Assembly (NCBI GenBank): GCA_964035575.1
Contig: OZ037833.1
Coordinates: 2,666,001-2,730,000, forward strand
Direction of reading: 5' to 3'
DNA: 64,000 nucleotides
Source of the DNA: Rhynchopus sp. YZ270_cl-10
Taxonomy: Eukaryota
Shown: one piece after another, positions 33,815 to 45,186 of the stretch
Numbering within the stretch: position 1 is the first letter of the stretch
Layout: the number at the start of each line of letters is the position of its first letter
Translations under genes and position numbers: made by a program
The notes under the pieces: model-generated
Databases searched by the model: none
Told to the model about the DNA's origin: nothing
Seen by the model: only the letters and a program-made list of their open reading frames with translations

Positions 33815-35455
33815 AATAACTAATTATTAGCGTGAAATAAAGTGCACTTTTTTTCACGCCCACGTAATTTTGGCTCACGAGTGAGAGTTTATTGCCCGAG
33901 CCGCAGGCGAGGGCAATAATAGAGCACGAGTGAGACAAAATACGTGGAAGTGAAAAAACGCACTTTATTTCAAACTAATACGTAGTTTTGTTTTACAAGT
34001 GAAAATGATATTTTTGCTGGGATCCTTCACAAACGAGACGTAAAATAGAGTGATTTTATGAACAAAATGTGGGTACCTGTAAGTGAGAGTGTGAATGAGA
34101 GTAGGGGAACATGTGAACATCAATCAAAAGCAGGGAAGGGGTTACTTTTTTTGATATATGCCTCCTATGACTGGTACTAATTACAAGATGTCACCACTCA
34201 TCTCGCCTGTAGGGGGGGGGCAGGTGTATAGAGCATCACAGAAGGGGGGTTTTTTTTTTTGCACTCATGATCATGGTTTGTTCTGTTGCACATTGATGTT
34301 AATCTTGACTTCTTGTGGCGTCTGAGTTGGGGGACTGTTGTTCTGTGTCAACAGCTGTGACATCGCAACTTGACCGGCCTGTGTGACTTCGGTGTACCTT
34401 TGTGGCATTGCCTGACTGACCCACCCATAGTGGCGTTGCATCTGTACAATAGATGCTCCTGCCTCAGCGGCTTGAGTCGCAGAAGACCTGCGGAAGCTGT
34501 GCCCAGTGTACGAACCGTCCAGCGCAAGCACCCTCGCGACTTCTGCAGGTATGCCGTACATTTTGTTGATGCCAAGAGGTTGCACACGAAAGGTCCCAGT
34601 AGTAGTTCTGTCAGCTGTCGTCTTAGTTCCAGTGATGAAGAAGCGACCCTCCTGTGAAACTGGTGAGCGCCGGTTCAGGTACTCCTCCACCACACAAAAG
34701 TAGATGCTGTCTCTTGGTACCACAAACCTCCCACGCTCCATGTCGGCCTTTTTCACCTTAGCACAGTGCTGGTACGTGAAGAGGTATCCCACTGGTGATT
34801 CCTGATAATTTGTCATCTCAAGCATCAGTGCTTCTGTGCATCTCATTCCCGACAGAAAACACACCGCGACGTAAGCCTTGCGGACACACCAGTAGCAGTC
34901 GCTCAACTCGCTCATCTTGAGAAACATCTCCACTTCTCCCTTCGAAAACGTCTTGCTCTTCTTCGTCGATTCGTCACTTCCCCAGGTCTTCAGCAACAGC
35001 CCGATGCGGTGGTACTCCTTTAGTGAAAAGTCGAACTCCGTCTTGAACATAAAGTTGAGCTTAGAGTAGCACGACCATAATGAGCTGGCTTTGTAGCTGC
35101 GTTCTTCGCGCAGGTGTGTCAAGTAAGAGACCACATGTTCTTCTCTTGGCTGCTTCCGCCCCGTGATTTTATTGTGTTGTAAAAACTTATTCCACTCCGT
35201 TTTGTATGCAGTGCTTGACTTCAACCCTGCCAGAAGCTCGGTCTCATACAGATCCTCCATAGCCTCCTTCTTCTTGGTCCTTGGCATGATTTGTAGGGTG
35301 GAGTGTGTGGTTTTGTGACTGACAGAAAACAGTGAAACTTTTTTTCACGCCTCCAGCGAAATTACTAAGAGCAAGCGTGAAAAAAAGCTCACTTTATTTC
35401 ACGCCCCGTTTGTGAAGGATCCCAGCAAAAAGTCATTTTCACATGTGATATAAAT
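33815..35455 (-). mobile_element. Crypton-like tyrosine recombinase DNA transposon
   Basis: Single YR ORF; hairpin 33825-33980; IRs 33995-34053 / 35389-35446; palindromic sites 33830-33859 and 35375-35404; boundaries approximate. Confidence 0.8.
34271..35287 (-). CDS. Tyrosine recombinase (phage integrase family), CryptonI-like, 338 aa
   Basis: Catalytic R (SGMRCTE), HxxR (YTGHSFRRSSAT), HYGW and Tyr (PQRYTE); SSLWSCYSKL, KKSKTFS and QPLGIN resemble insect CryptonI proteins; intact and intronless. Confidence 0.92.
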   Translation of the reverse strand: MPRTKKKEAMEDLYETELLAGLKSSTAYKTEWNKFLQHNKITGRKQPREEHVVSYLTHLREERSYKASSLWSCYSKLNFMFKTEFDFSLKEYHRIGLLLKTWGSDESTKKSKTFSKGEVEMFLKMSELSDCYWCVRKAYVAVCFLSGMRCTEALMLEMTNYQESPVGYLFTYQHCAKVKKADMERGRFVVPRDSIYFCVVEEYLNRRSPVSQEGRFFITGTKTTADRTTTGTFRVQPLGINKMYGIPAEVARVLALDGSYTGHSFRRSSATQAAEAGASIVQMQRHYGWVSQAMPQRYTEVTQAGQVAMSQLLTQNNSPPTQTPQEVKININVQQNKP

Positions 35456-35939
35456 CTCATTTCAGCCACGGACGGCCTGAACAGAGGCTTTGTTCCCAAA
35501 AAAAAACCCAGTTTTTTTTTTCTGAAAAACCCCCGAAAAATGTGCAACACTCGTGCAGCGCTATGCACCGATTTTCCGAACTCTTTTTGAAACCTGAACA
35601 TGGTTCTCAATTCCAGTCTCAAGTCCACACCCAGAAACCGTCTGGGTACACCTCGGGATAGGTTCTGGGGTGTTTTTTGAGGGTTCTTGGGGGTATTTTT
35701 GACCTGAAAACTGGGAAAAGTGGGGGAAAAATCATTTGTGACAGAAAAACGGGGGTTATGCAAGTCCCTACCCCTCCGACCCCTCCTGCCCCTCTTGCCC
35801 CTCCCTATGTTGTATTGTGCATTTCCCCCCCGCAGTCTCCTTTGTTCACTAACACCTCCCCAGGCGACCTACACCTCTTTTACGCCCGCACCCTATCTCC
35901 CTTGACGGGAAGAAACAAAAAACACAAAGGGTTTAAAAA

Positions 35940-38745
35940 ATGGAGGAGGAAGCATGCAGCGGGCTGTGGAGGAGTGAGGATATGCAGCTTGTGAGCATTG
36001 CGTTTGAGCGCGGGCGTGTGAAGAAGGACATGCTGGCCTTGGGAGACCTGGGGTGTGTGCAGATGTGCGACCTGAACCAGGACACGCAGGCGTTCTCGAA
36101 GGAGTTCACCTCTGAGATCAGACGGTGTGAGAACCTGCACCGGCAGCTGCGGTACTTCAAGGAGGAGATGCAGCGGTGGGAGCCTTCTGCAGGATGGCAC
36201 TGCCCCAGTGGAGAGTCAGCAATGTCGAAGAACGAAAGCGCTATGGAAGAGATGGAGATGGAGGTGGCCAAGATATATCCTACCCTGCAGAAGCAGGCAT
36301 CGAGCTACGAGATGCTGCGCGACAAATGGGTGAAGTGCATGGAGTCGTGGCAGGTGCACACGAGTGTCGACCTTATTGACCTTTGCCGCTCTGCGTCGGA
36401 TGGTGGTGCCCTCGGGGTCCTTGCAGGTACGGTGCCGTCGTCGAAGATCAGCATGATGGAGCGCCAAGTGTACTCCGTCACGAAGGGGAACACCACGTCG
36501 CACTTCGCAGAGCTCCGCAACCCACAGCAGTTGGACCTCGACCTCGCAGACGCAGCAAAGCAGTTCCCCTCAGAGACCTTCGAGAGACACTTCTTCCTCT
36601 TCGTCTTTAGCTCGCAGAGCATTGGGGCCAGACTCAAAAGGCTTGCCGTTGCTATGGAGGTATGTTGTGGCAACATAGTGTTTTCTCTGTGAGGAACGAG
36701 AGGGATCGTATATTTTCAAATTGTCAGAAAAAAAAATAATCTAGTGTGGGGGAGGGATGTATTTGTCAAATATTCACTATTCAGGGCCATGTTGTGGTGG
36801 AGAACAGTCTCTCGAACTCGTCGCGTGAAGCTGAGGCGTCGAAACAGAGGGAGGACCTGACGGACTGCACGAAAATGCTTGCGGTATGCTATTTTCTTCT
36901 TCTTCTTCTTCTTCTTCTTCTGCAAACCCAACACCACCAACACCACAGAAAGCAAAAGAGTCTGCCCGGGAGTTGATCCAGCAGAGCATTGCACCGCACT
37001 ACCGTGAGTGGCTGCACACAGTGGTGGTGCACAAGGCGGTTGCGCACAACCTCAACTGCCTGCAGCTCCGTGCACACTCTGCTGTCGGTGTCGCGTGGGT
37101 GCCGACGTGCAGGCTTCCAGAGGTGAAGCAGAGCTTGGGCATTGGCGGGTCACGTGCCGACACAGTTCTGATGGAGATTCAGACCCCGGCACACGTCATG
37201 CCCCCGACATACTTCCGTACAAACTTTTTCACAGAGACGTTCCAGAACATTGTCAATGCGTACGGAGCACCGCGGTACAAAGAGATCAACCCTGCTGTGT
37301 TCACGATGATTACCTTCCCGTGGCTCTTTGGTGTTATGTACGGCGATATTGGGCACGGTATCATCATCACCCTTGCTGCAGCGGCGTTCATCTTCTACGA
37401 AAAGAAGCTCGGCTCGATGGCGCTGAATGAGATGGTCGAGATGGCGTTCGGCGCACGCTACCTGCTGCTGCTGATGGGGCTCTTCGCAACGTACTACGGC
37501 TTCCTCTACAACGACTGCTTTGGGCTTATGTTCAAGTACAGCTCCGGTGGACTGCCCGAACTCGTTAACAGCACAAGAATCCCTGAAAAGTGGAATCCTC
37601 TTGTGGATGGGCCTTACATCCGTCAGACCCTTCCTGGGTGCGAGAAGCCGGATCCAACTCATGGTACACTGAACTACACTTGCGGGATTTGCGGAAGAGA
37701 TCCCCTCGAAAATAAAGGGTTTTTCATTGAGTATGAAGGGTACGCGCCGGCCTTTGGTGTTGATGTTGCATGGACGGATGGTACCAAGCGTCTTGATGTG
37801 TACAACTCTTTCAAGATGAAGTCCGCGATTGTGATTGGTGTGTGTCAGATGATGCTCGGTCTTGTCCTGCAGTTCATGAACAACAAATACTTCAACGACT
37901 GGAAACACATCTACTTTGGCACCATCCCGGAGGTCATCTTCCTCTCCTGCACCTTCGGTTACATGGCTCTTCTTATTGTGCTCAAATGGATTCTTCCCTT
38001 CCAGACGTCCTGCAGGGTTTCGCTCCTTGAGACCATGGTAAACTTCTTTTTGAACCCCACCGAAATCGTCGAGCTCTACTCCGGACAAATCGGTCTGCAG
38101 TGCTTCTTCCTTCTTGTTGCGCTCATCTGTGTGTGCCCCTTTATGTTGTTCCCAATCCCCTACATCGAGTGGAAGGCCGACCAAGAGAGAACCGGAGGAG
38201 CTGGAGGAGGTCACAGCCGTCTTCACGATGATGACGATGAGGAGGAAATTGAGCTGATCCAGCGTGGTGGGCACACCGTTCAGGTTCAGGGAGGTGGTGA
38301 CTCCGATGATTTGGTGGGGATTATCTTCCCTCCGAAGGAATACGCATTTGACATGCAGGAGATTGTGATTAAGCAGATCATTCATGCAATCGAGTTTGTG
38401 CTGGGCTCCGTTTCGAACACTGCCTCCTATTTGAGGTTGTGGGCATTGTCGTTGGCGCACGCTCAGTTGTCGGAGGTGTTTTTGAACTTTTTGATTATGG
38501 CGCCATTAGAGAAGGGAGGTACTGGGTTTTCTGCTGTGATCATGTGGATGCTTGGGTTCTCCGCGTGGTTGACTGCAACCCTCATGATTCTAGTCGGCAT
38601 GGAAGCCCTGTCTGCCTTCCTCCACGCCCTCCGTCTCCACTGGGTCGAATTCCAGAACAAGTTCTACATCGCAGACGGTAACCTCTTCCTCCCCCTCGAC
38701 CTCTCCGAACTCCGCCGTGAAGCTGACGAAGAGCTCCGGATGTAA
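35940..38745 (+). CDS. VPH1: V-type H+-ATPase V0 subunit a (exons 35940-36659, 36785-36883, 36949-38745)
   Basis: LWRSEDMQL, PPTYFRTN, YKEINP, FPWLFGVMYGDIGHG, SNTASYLRLWALSLAH, LHALRLHWVEFQNKFY; two phase-0 GTATG..CAG introns. Confidence 0.96.
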
Positions 38746-41015
38746 ATTTTTTTTTTGGAAACATTTTTTTAAAAGAGGGGGTAATTTTTACACATTTTTT
38801 TTTGGGTAATGGAAGGGGAAGGAGGGGAGGGGAGGGGATGTAATTTAAGGGGAGATGTAAAAAAAAGGGGGGGTTTTTAAAGGAGAGAGAGAGGAGTTTT
38901 TGAACGAAAAAAGAATTAATTTTTTTTCTAATAATAGGGTGGACCACCACATAGCCCTCCCATGATTTTTTTTTTCTGATGTGTGTACGAGAGTCACATT
39001 ATCTTTCAAGTTTCCCCCCCTTTTTTTTTTGCCAGCATAAAAGCGAGTTAAGTAGGGGCTAAGTACCCGATCTTCACTTCCCGCTGTATCCGTCTGAAAA
39101 AAGAAAAAAACAGTTTTAACAGCGAATATCCCGTTGGATCGCCTAAAAAAAAATGTTTGTAAATTAAAACAACAAAAAAAAAACACATTAACGAGAGTTT
39201 ATGATGATGCACGACTCTTCGCGAATAATAATAAAAAAGAAGAAAAAATGGGAAAGTGTTGGCTGCTCCACTGGACTATTCCTTCATACATTTTTGTTCC
39301 TTTTCAAAACGATAAACGTCGCGTTTTCATCCCCTTTCCAACAAATTGGCACCCGTTACCCCTTTACCCCTTTGTTTTCCTTCATCATTTGTTGTTGTTT
39401 TTAACTGATATTTTGAAGGATGTATGTGGTGTTCCTTCTTTTTTTTCAAAGGTAAAGATGAAGAACATAGAGTTTCAGTTCTTCACTTTAAAGTTCTGTC
39501 CTCAATATTTTTGTCAAAGCCTTTAAACACTTTTATGCTTTCATCCGGATGGCTGGCATCGTACAGTAGGTCAGTCAGGGAGGTGCCTGCATCAACTATC
39601 CTTTTTTATTTTACCGTAATTATAGTAATGTTGGACCAGAAAAGGTCCCAATTCGGCCCAAACATCCCAGAAAGTCCCAAACTTTTTGGTCCAACTTTTT
39701 TAATTCCGGTATTTTTATTTTGCAGTATTCAGAAGAATCAGAGAATCTGGCCAAACTCTAGTAGGAATTTTGTACAAATTAAAAAAAAAAAAAATGTGGT
39801 TTGAGAAAAACGCGTTACCGTTTCGAGGGTTTCTTCTTGGCACACAATTCCGTACTCCATTTCCTTCCCCCCCTTTTATATTGTGAAGAAAGTATGGGAT
39901 GGTTTCTTTACCGATCTTTCCCCCCTTCCCTTCTCCCCCCCCTGTCAAATTCCCTTTTGCAGCCATTTCTCCCCCCCTCTGGAAAATGTATTTCTTTAAT
40001 CTTTCGAAGATGACTAAGCACGAGAGGTTTAGGGTCATCTTACAAGCTTTTATTGTTTTTTTTTTTTTAGCCAGCCAAAATTTTGACAAAAAATCCAAAT
40101 TACCAACTCTTATTCCACAAGAAGGGTGGCAAAAGGCTTTTGGAAGGGGAAAGGGCAGGGGCAGGGGTTAGGTGTTTGTGCCCGAGAGGCACATTCATCT
40201 TTTACGTTTTCTCTTATTTGAAGCGTTCCTTGAAGAGAAAACAGGGATATCCCAAACACCTGGGGTTTTTTTTTCGCACAACACTCGTTTTCCCATTAGA
40301 GCACAGTTCTTTTTGTCTAAAACAAAAAAAAAGACCTCCGTCTATATCTATTAAGTACAATAGCCTTTGGGCGATATTGAGTACAGATTCTGCACTATAG
40401 CAGGTGATTGTCGACACAACAAAGAGCAAAAAGAGCAAAAAGCAAACCCAACAACACGCTTTCATTCAACACCCCAGTTTTTTTTTTTGTTCGGTTGTTT
40501 CGTCAAGGTGACTAAGTACATGCGAGGCTTCGTCTATCTTTACAATCTTTGTTTTAACACCCTGATCCTTTTTTTTTGTGTATTTTCTCCTAATAAGCGG
40601 ACGTCTGTACGCGCTTTAATTTTTCAATGATCCCTCCCTATCCAGCACTGATTCCTTGTGGGTAAAGCACAAAGGAATCAGGAGAAATGCACCTTTTCCT
40701 TTTCCCCCTTTTTTCCGTCCTCCCCCCCCTTTTTTTCACCCCATCGGTGATTAGTCAAGACCAGAATTAACAAGGGTTCTTTTTGCAAAGAGCTACTTGA
40801 AGAGGGAATTTAAAAAAAAAAAAACAAAAAAAAACTTCGGAAATCTGTTACTCCTCCCTCCTCCCTCCCCCCATTCCCTTTCTTCTCTCCTGGGGGAAAA
40901 AATATACGATTTTTTTAAAATCCTTGCAGATCGCTGCAGCAGAAGGATGTGGGAAATGATATTTTTATTTTTTGTATTGGGTCTTTGGGGTATGGAACGG
41001 GGATTTCTTTTCTTT

Positions 41016-41057
41016 AAGGTGGCTAAGCACGAGAGGCTTAGGATCATCTTATAAACT
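41016..41057 (+). mobile_element. ~42-bp hairpin repeat family B (representative copy)
   Basis: AAGGTGRCTAAGC-ACGAGAG-GCTTAGGDTCATCTTATAAACT; roughly 15-18 recognisable copies, e.g. near 16126, 26036, 28120, 28708, 31305, 33117, 40007, 40505, 48286, 53049, 53701. Confidence 0.8.
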
Positions 41058-42571
41058 TTTCTTTTTTTTTTTTTGTACAAGAACCTGTCGTTTTCATAAG
41101 ATGATTTCTGTTTTGTTCATCTCTTCATATATTTTTTGTAATAAAAAGGACGTCTCCGTCCCTAGTTGAGTGATGATACAGTAGGTTGAGGTGGGGTGAT
41201 ATGCATCACTCCTCTTAAGACTTAAGACCAGGCGCAGCTTACCAGCGACTCTAATGCTAATCATGACAAAGCGCTTAGGGGAATTTTATTGACCCTTCTT
41301 TCTTTGGAGTGTGTACTGCATCGTACGCATCAGATAAGAGCTTGCACATTCATCTTTTCCCCTCCCCCTCTTCACCCTTCGACCCTTTACACTGTTTTAT
41401 TAGATGTAAACCACGAAATGGTGTAGGATTGCATAGGGGTCCACCCAGTGCACCAAGGTACACTATTACGAGAAAGTCTTTTGTATTTCAACTTTTTTTT
41501 TTTTTTTTTCCACATTACGGTGGGGGGAATTGAGAGTATATGTGACAACTCAAAATTGCTTTCTGTTCACCTGAATGGAAGGTTCTGGAATCATTGAATC
41601 TAATATGACATTAAAATATTCTTGTCACAGGCGGGCTATTCAATAGCTGAGAATCATCTAACTAACCCCCCTTTTTTTCTTTGTAAGGAGACAGCACAGC
41701 GAGGCTTAGGTTCATCTCTACAACAAAAAAGGAACCCCTCTTTTGTAGGGTGACTTAAGCACGAGAGTCATCTTATAAACTATATCATATGTGCAGGCAA
41801 TGTTTCAAACCCTATTCTTCCCCTCCTAATGTTGCCTGCCTGCAGCGAAAAAAAAAACCCCTTTTTTTGTGTTGATTTTTTTTTTTTAGCAAAAAAGAAA
41901 GGGTTATTCTCTCTCTCGCTCAGGATGAGAAACAGAGCCGGCTCCTTCGTTTGACGTACGACGTGCGCACCGTCGTATTAAAACGCAAAAAAACCCCCCC
42001 CCCTTTTTAAAAAAAAAACTTAGCAAGAGTCTTAGGTATTTAGGAACATCTTACCAACCTCTTTTTTCCTTTTTTTCCTTTTTTTTTGGATCTCGTAGCG
42101 ATCCTTGACCCTCCTCATTGACTCTGACATTTTTTTTTTTGGTGTGTGTCTATAGGCTGGGTGGGTGGGGGGGTATTTTGTTTTAGACAAAAAAGCAAGG
42201 GGGGTGGGTCAAAACAGAGAAAACAAATGATTTTAAAATCGATTTTAAAAAAAAACACACACACACACACAAAGGGTGCAAAGTTCACAAAAAGGAGCCC
42301 CTTCACCTTGATGTGTTCTCCCCTTCCTCCCCCCCTTTTTGCAGTGAAGAAGTTTTCTGCTGGGTAGGGAGGCTTTGGGAGTACAAAAAAAAAAGGGAAA
42401 GGCAAGAAAATTGCTTTTTAAAAAAATGGAGAAAAAAAATTGTTGTCTTCATTATCCTCGCCCTTCAGCCCTATACATCACACCACAGAGATATTGCAAG
42501 GAACGCTGTTTCAGCTTTCTTAAGGGCAGGTTAGTTTTTTTGTATTTTGGGGGCGGGTCTATCAATATAAA

Positions 42572-43576
42572 ATGGTGTACTTTAGAACCTTTGATAGCTT
42601 TATGGAGGCGGCAGAAAGAATCTACTCTGAAAGCCCGACTCAGGTATGACAAGACCCAATTTTTTTTTTTATGTCACCTCATGAAGGAGGAAATAGAAAC
42701 AAAGCATTTTGAACATACTTTTGCGGTTCTAGAGACGAATCGCACTGCAGAGCCACTCCTCACCAAACAGGTCGAGGTGTGTGCGTTTCACCACAACCTC
42801 TCCCATGGGTTTTATCGTGTGATGAGTGTTAAGTTTCTATTTCCTATATCTGACATGCAACAACACCAACGCCCTCCACAGACACGGTATTCAATCAAGT
42901 TCTGCAGAGATACCTCGCAGGTGGTGCTCAGAGTTGCCGACAACAAAACGGTATGAGATAGGTCTTAGATGTCGCGTACACCCCAAATAACGTTTTTTTT
43001 TTAACTACTTTTGTCGGTCGCAGGGTACTTTGTGATTTCATCCGGATGGCTGGCATCGTACAGAGGTGCCTGCATCAACAACTCCAGTTTTTTTTTTCGA
43101 CGCTGATGGACAAAAACTCCATCTTTCGATTGAAAAGAATATCTTAATCATTCTTTTTGCTTTTCACCCTACCTAATCCCCATGCTACAGGTGGTCTGCT
43201 ATAAAATGGTCGAAAAGGAAGACCTTCGGAACATGGAGGAGATGAACGCAAGATTCCTTCATTTGTATGCAACATCCCCATATCCCCCCTATCCACTATC
43301 CCCCCATGCTCCTGTTCTCCCTTTGCATTGGAAAGGATGTGGTTCAACTGATTTCAAACAAAAGGGTCTACGAGAGAGAGGATTTCAAAATATTTTGTTT
43401 GTCACACACCTAACTCTGCCCATTCACTCAGGTGTGTCGAGCGGGAGTTCAACGAAGAAGATGTGAAGCAGGCTATGCAGGCAAAACACCAGGCAACCAT
43501 GCAGAGCAATCAGCAGCAACAAGCTGCAAAGAAGAAGCCGCAGCAGAACCAAGCAAAGGGAAAGAAGAAGAGATAA
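42572..43576 (+). CDS. SRP9: Signal recognition particle subunit SRP9 (exons 42572-42643, 42882-42950, 43191-43264, 43432-43576)
   Basis: Spliced product MVYFRTFDSFMEAAERIYSESPTQ|TRYSIKFCRDTSQVVLRVADNKT|VVCYKMVEKEDLRNMEEMNARFLHL|CVERE...GKKKR matches the SRP9 pattern; three GTATG..CAG introns keep the frame. Confidence 0.88.
42672..42842. mobile_element. ~170-bp repeat family G (HINE-like), inside SRP9 intron 1
   Basis: Copies near 52104-52273 and 54692-54865; terminal hairpin CCTC-ATGAAG-GAGG; asymmetric IR AAATAGAAAC / GTTTCTATTT. Confidence 0.8.
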
Positions 43577-45186
43577 AAAAAAAATTTTTTTTTTTGTTTC
43601 CCTCTTTCTCTCTCCCACACCCACTCCCCTCACTAACACTAACCTACCTTGGAAGAACGATTTGTCAGAGGAAAAAAAAAAAGGGGTATCTGACATGTGC
43701 GTTTAGAGATGCCCTCAGTGCAACAAAAACCCCCCTCTTTCCTTCTGTGCCTGCTGTAATAAAAAGACGGTACAGGACACAGTTGGAACCGAGGGATGGC
43801 GATCGTGTGATGGATTTTCAAAAAAAAAAAGCAAACAAAAAAAAGAAAGGATCACATCAGCGGTTGCGAGGGGGGCAAAAAAAAAACAGGATTTTTCAAA
43901 AAAAAAAAAAAAATTGGAAAATTGAGTAGTGTGGTTTCCCATTCAGTAAAAAAACAAAATGGGTGTTTTTTTGAATAGCAGGTTGTGGGTAGTCCCTAAA
44001 GATCGGGATATTTGCTGTATTGTGAGGTGTAGTACTTCCCTTTTTTTTTTGTCATGTCTCTTTGCAGCCATTCGTGTGGGTGGGGGAAAAAGAAAAATAT
44101 TTTTTGGAAAAGGGTAACTCAGGAGGAAACCGCAGCGTTCCTTTCTGAAGCTACCAAAGAAAAAAAAGGGGGAGGGGGGAGGGGGGGGGGTTGTGGAGTG
44201 GACAACCACAGCAAAACAACAAAACGAAAAAAGCAAAAAGAGTTTCAGTGCTGTTTTATTGGAAAGAACTGATTTTTTTTGAGTCTTGGGTTCTTCTTAC
44301 CAGCTTTTTTTTAAAAATGTAGGTATGGGCTTTGTATTTCAAGCCAAAAATTTTTTTGGTCTCTTTAGATGAGATGTTGCTGCGCGATGTTTCATCTATT
44401 CAAGGAATTTCTCCTTTTTTTTCCTTCTATTTTGAATGCATTGGGGGGGACGATAGTAGTTGCGGGACGTTCTTTCTATACGCCAATGGAGAAATTATTT
44501 TTACTCGCCCCTTTGGTGTTACCGATCTGCTGTCGGGGACATGTCAAGGACATGTCAATATAGGGGGGGTGTGTCATTTTCCCCTGTAAACCTTCTGTCA
44601 AGGACATGTCAAGGACCTGTCAATATGGGCCCTTTCGGGAACACCACCCTTCCCTGCAAAAATAGCAACTCTCATTGAAAACTGGCAACACTTGTGTTGT
44701 CTATAACATTTCAAAAGTATTTTGAATGCATTGCTCACCGCGCAACGGTGTAGGTATACCTTATCAAAGTTTGCCCCCCTTTTTTTAGATGTACGTATCT
44801 CTGCAGCAAGACACATTTTCATCTTTGAAATACTTTTCCCCCCTTTTTCTTCAGGTAAAAAGCAAAATGCTACATCCCCCTCCCCCCCCTCCCCTCTGAT
44901 CTTCAGATCACCATGACAGTATTTTCTTCTCACAACGAAACAAAAGAGGAGATGTTACTTTATTCTTCATAATTCCACACCCCCCACACACGGCAGAGAA
45001 TAAGACTCGGGGACCGGAGACCCGTTATTCTCAGCCGGACTGGGACCCAGTACCGGGGACCGGGGACCGGGTACCCGGCTTATTCTCTGCTGTGCCCCAT
45101 CCCATTCCATTCCACAAAATACCTTCCAGAACAATACAAAAAAAAAAAAACACAACAAAACACTAAACACTAAAAACACTTCAAGG

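Noticed and set aside
37150..38460. 436-aa minus-strand ORF and other antisense ORFs over genes
   Set aside because: Shadow frames of GC-rich coding sequence (here V-ATPase a) with no recognisable motifs
41029..41036. ACGAGAGG as an rRNA sarcin-ricin loop fragment
   Set aside because: Flanks do not match LSU rRNA (AGTA..GAAC missing); only the GAGA tetraloop is shared
41165..41290. Possible C/D snoRNA (GTGATGA)
   Set aside because: No D box (CTGA) at a suitable position
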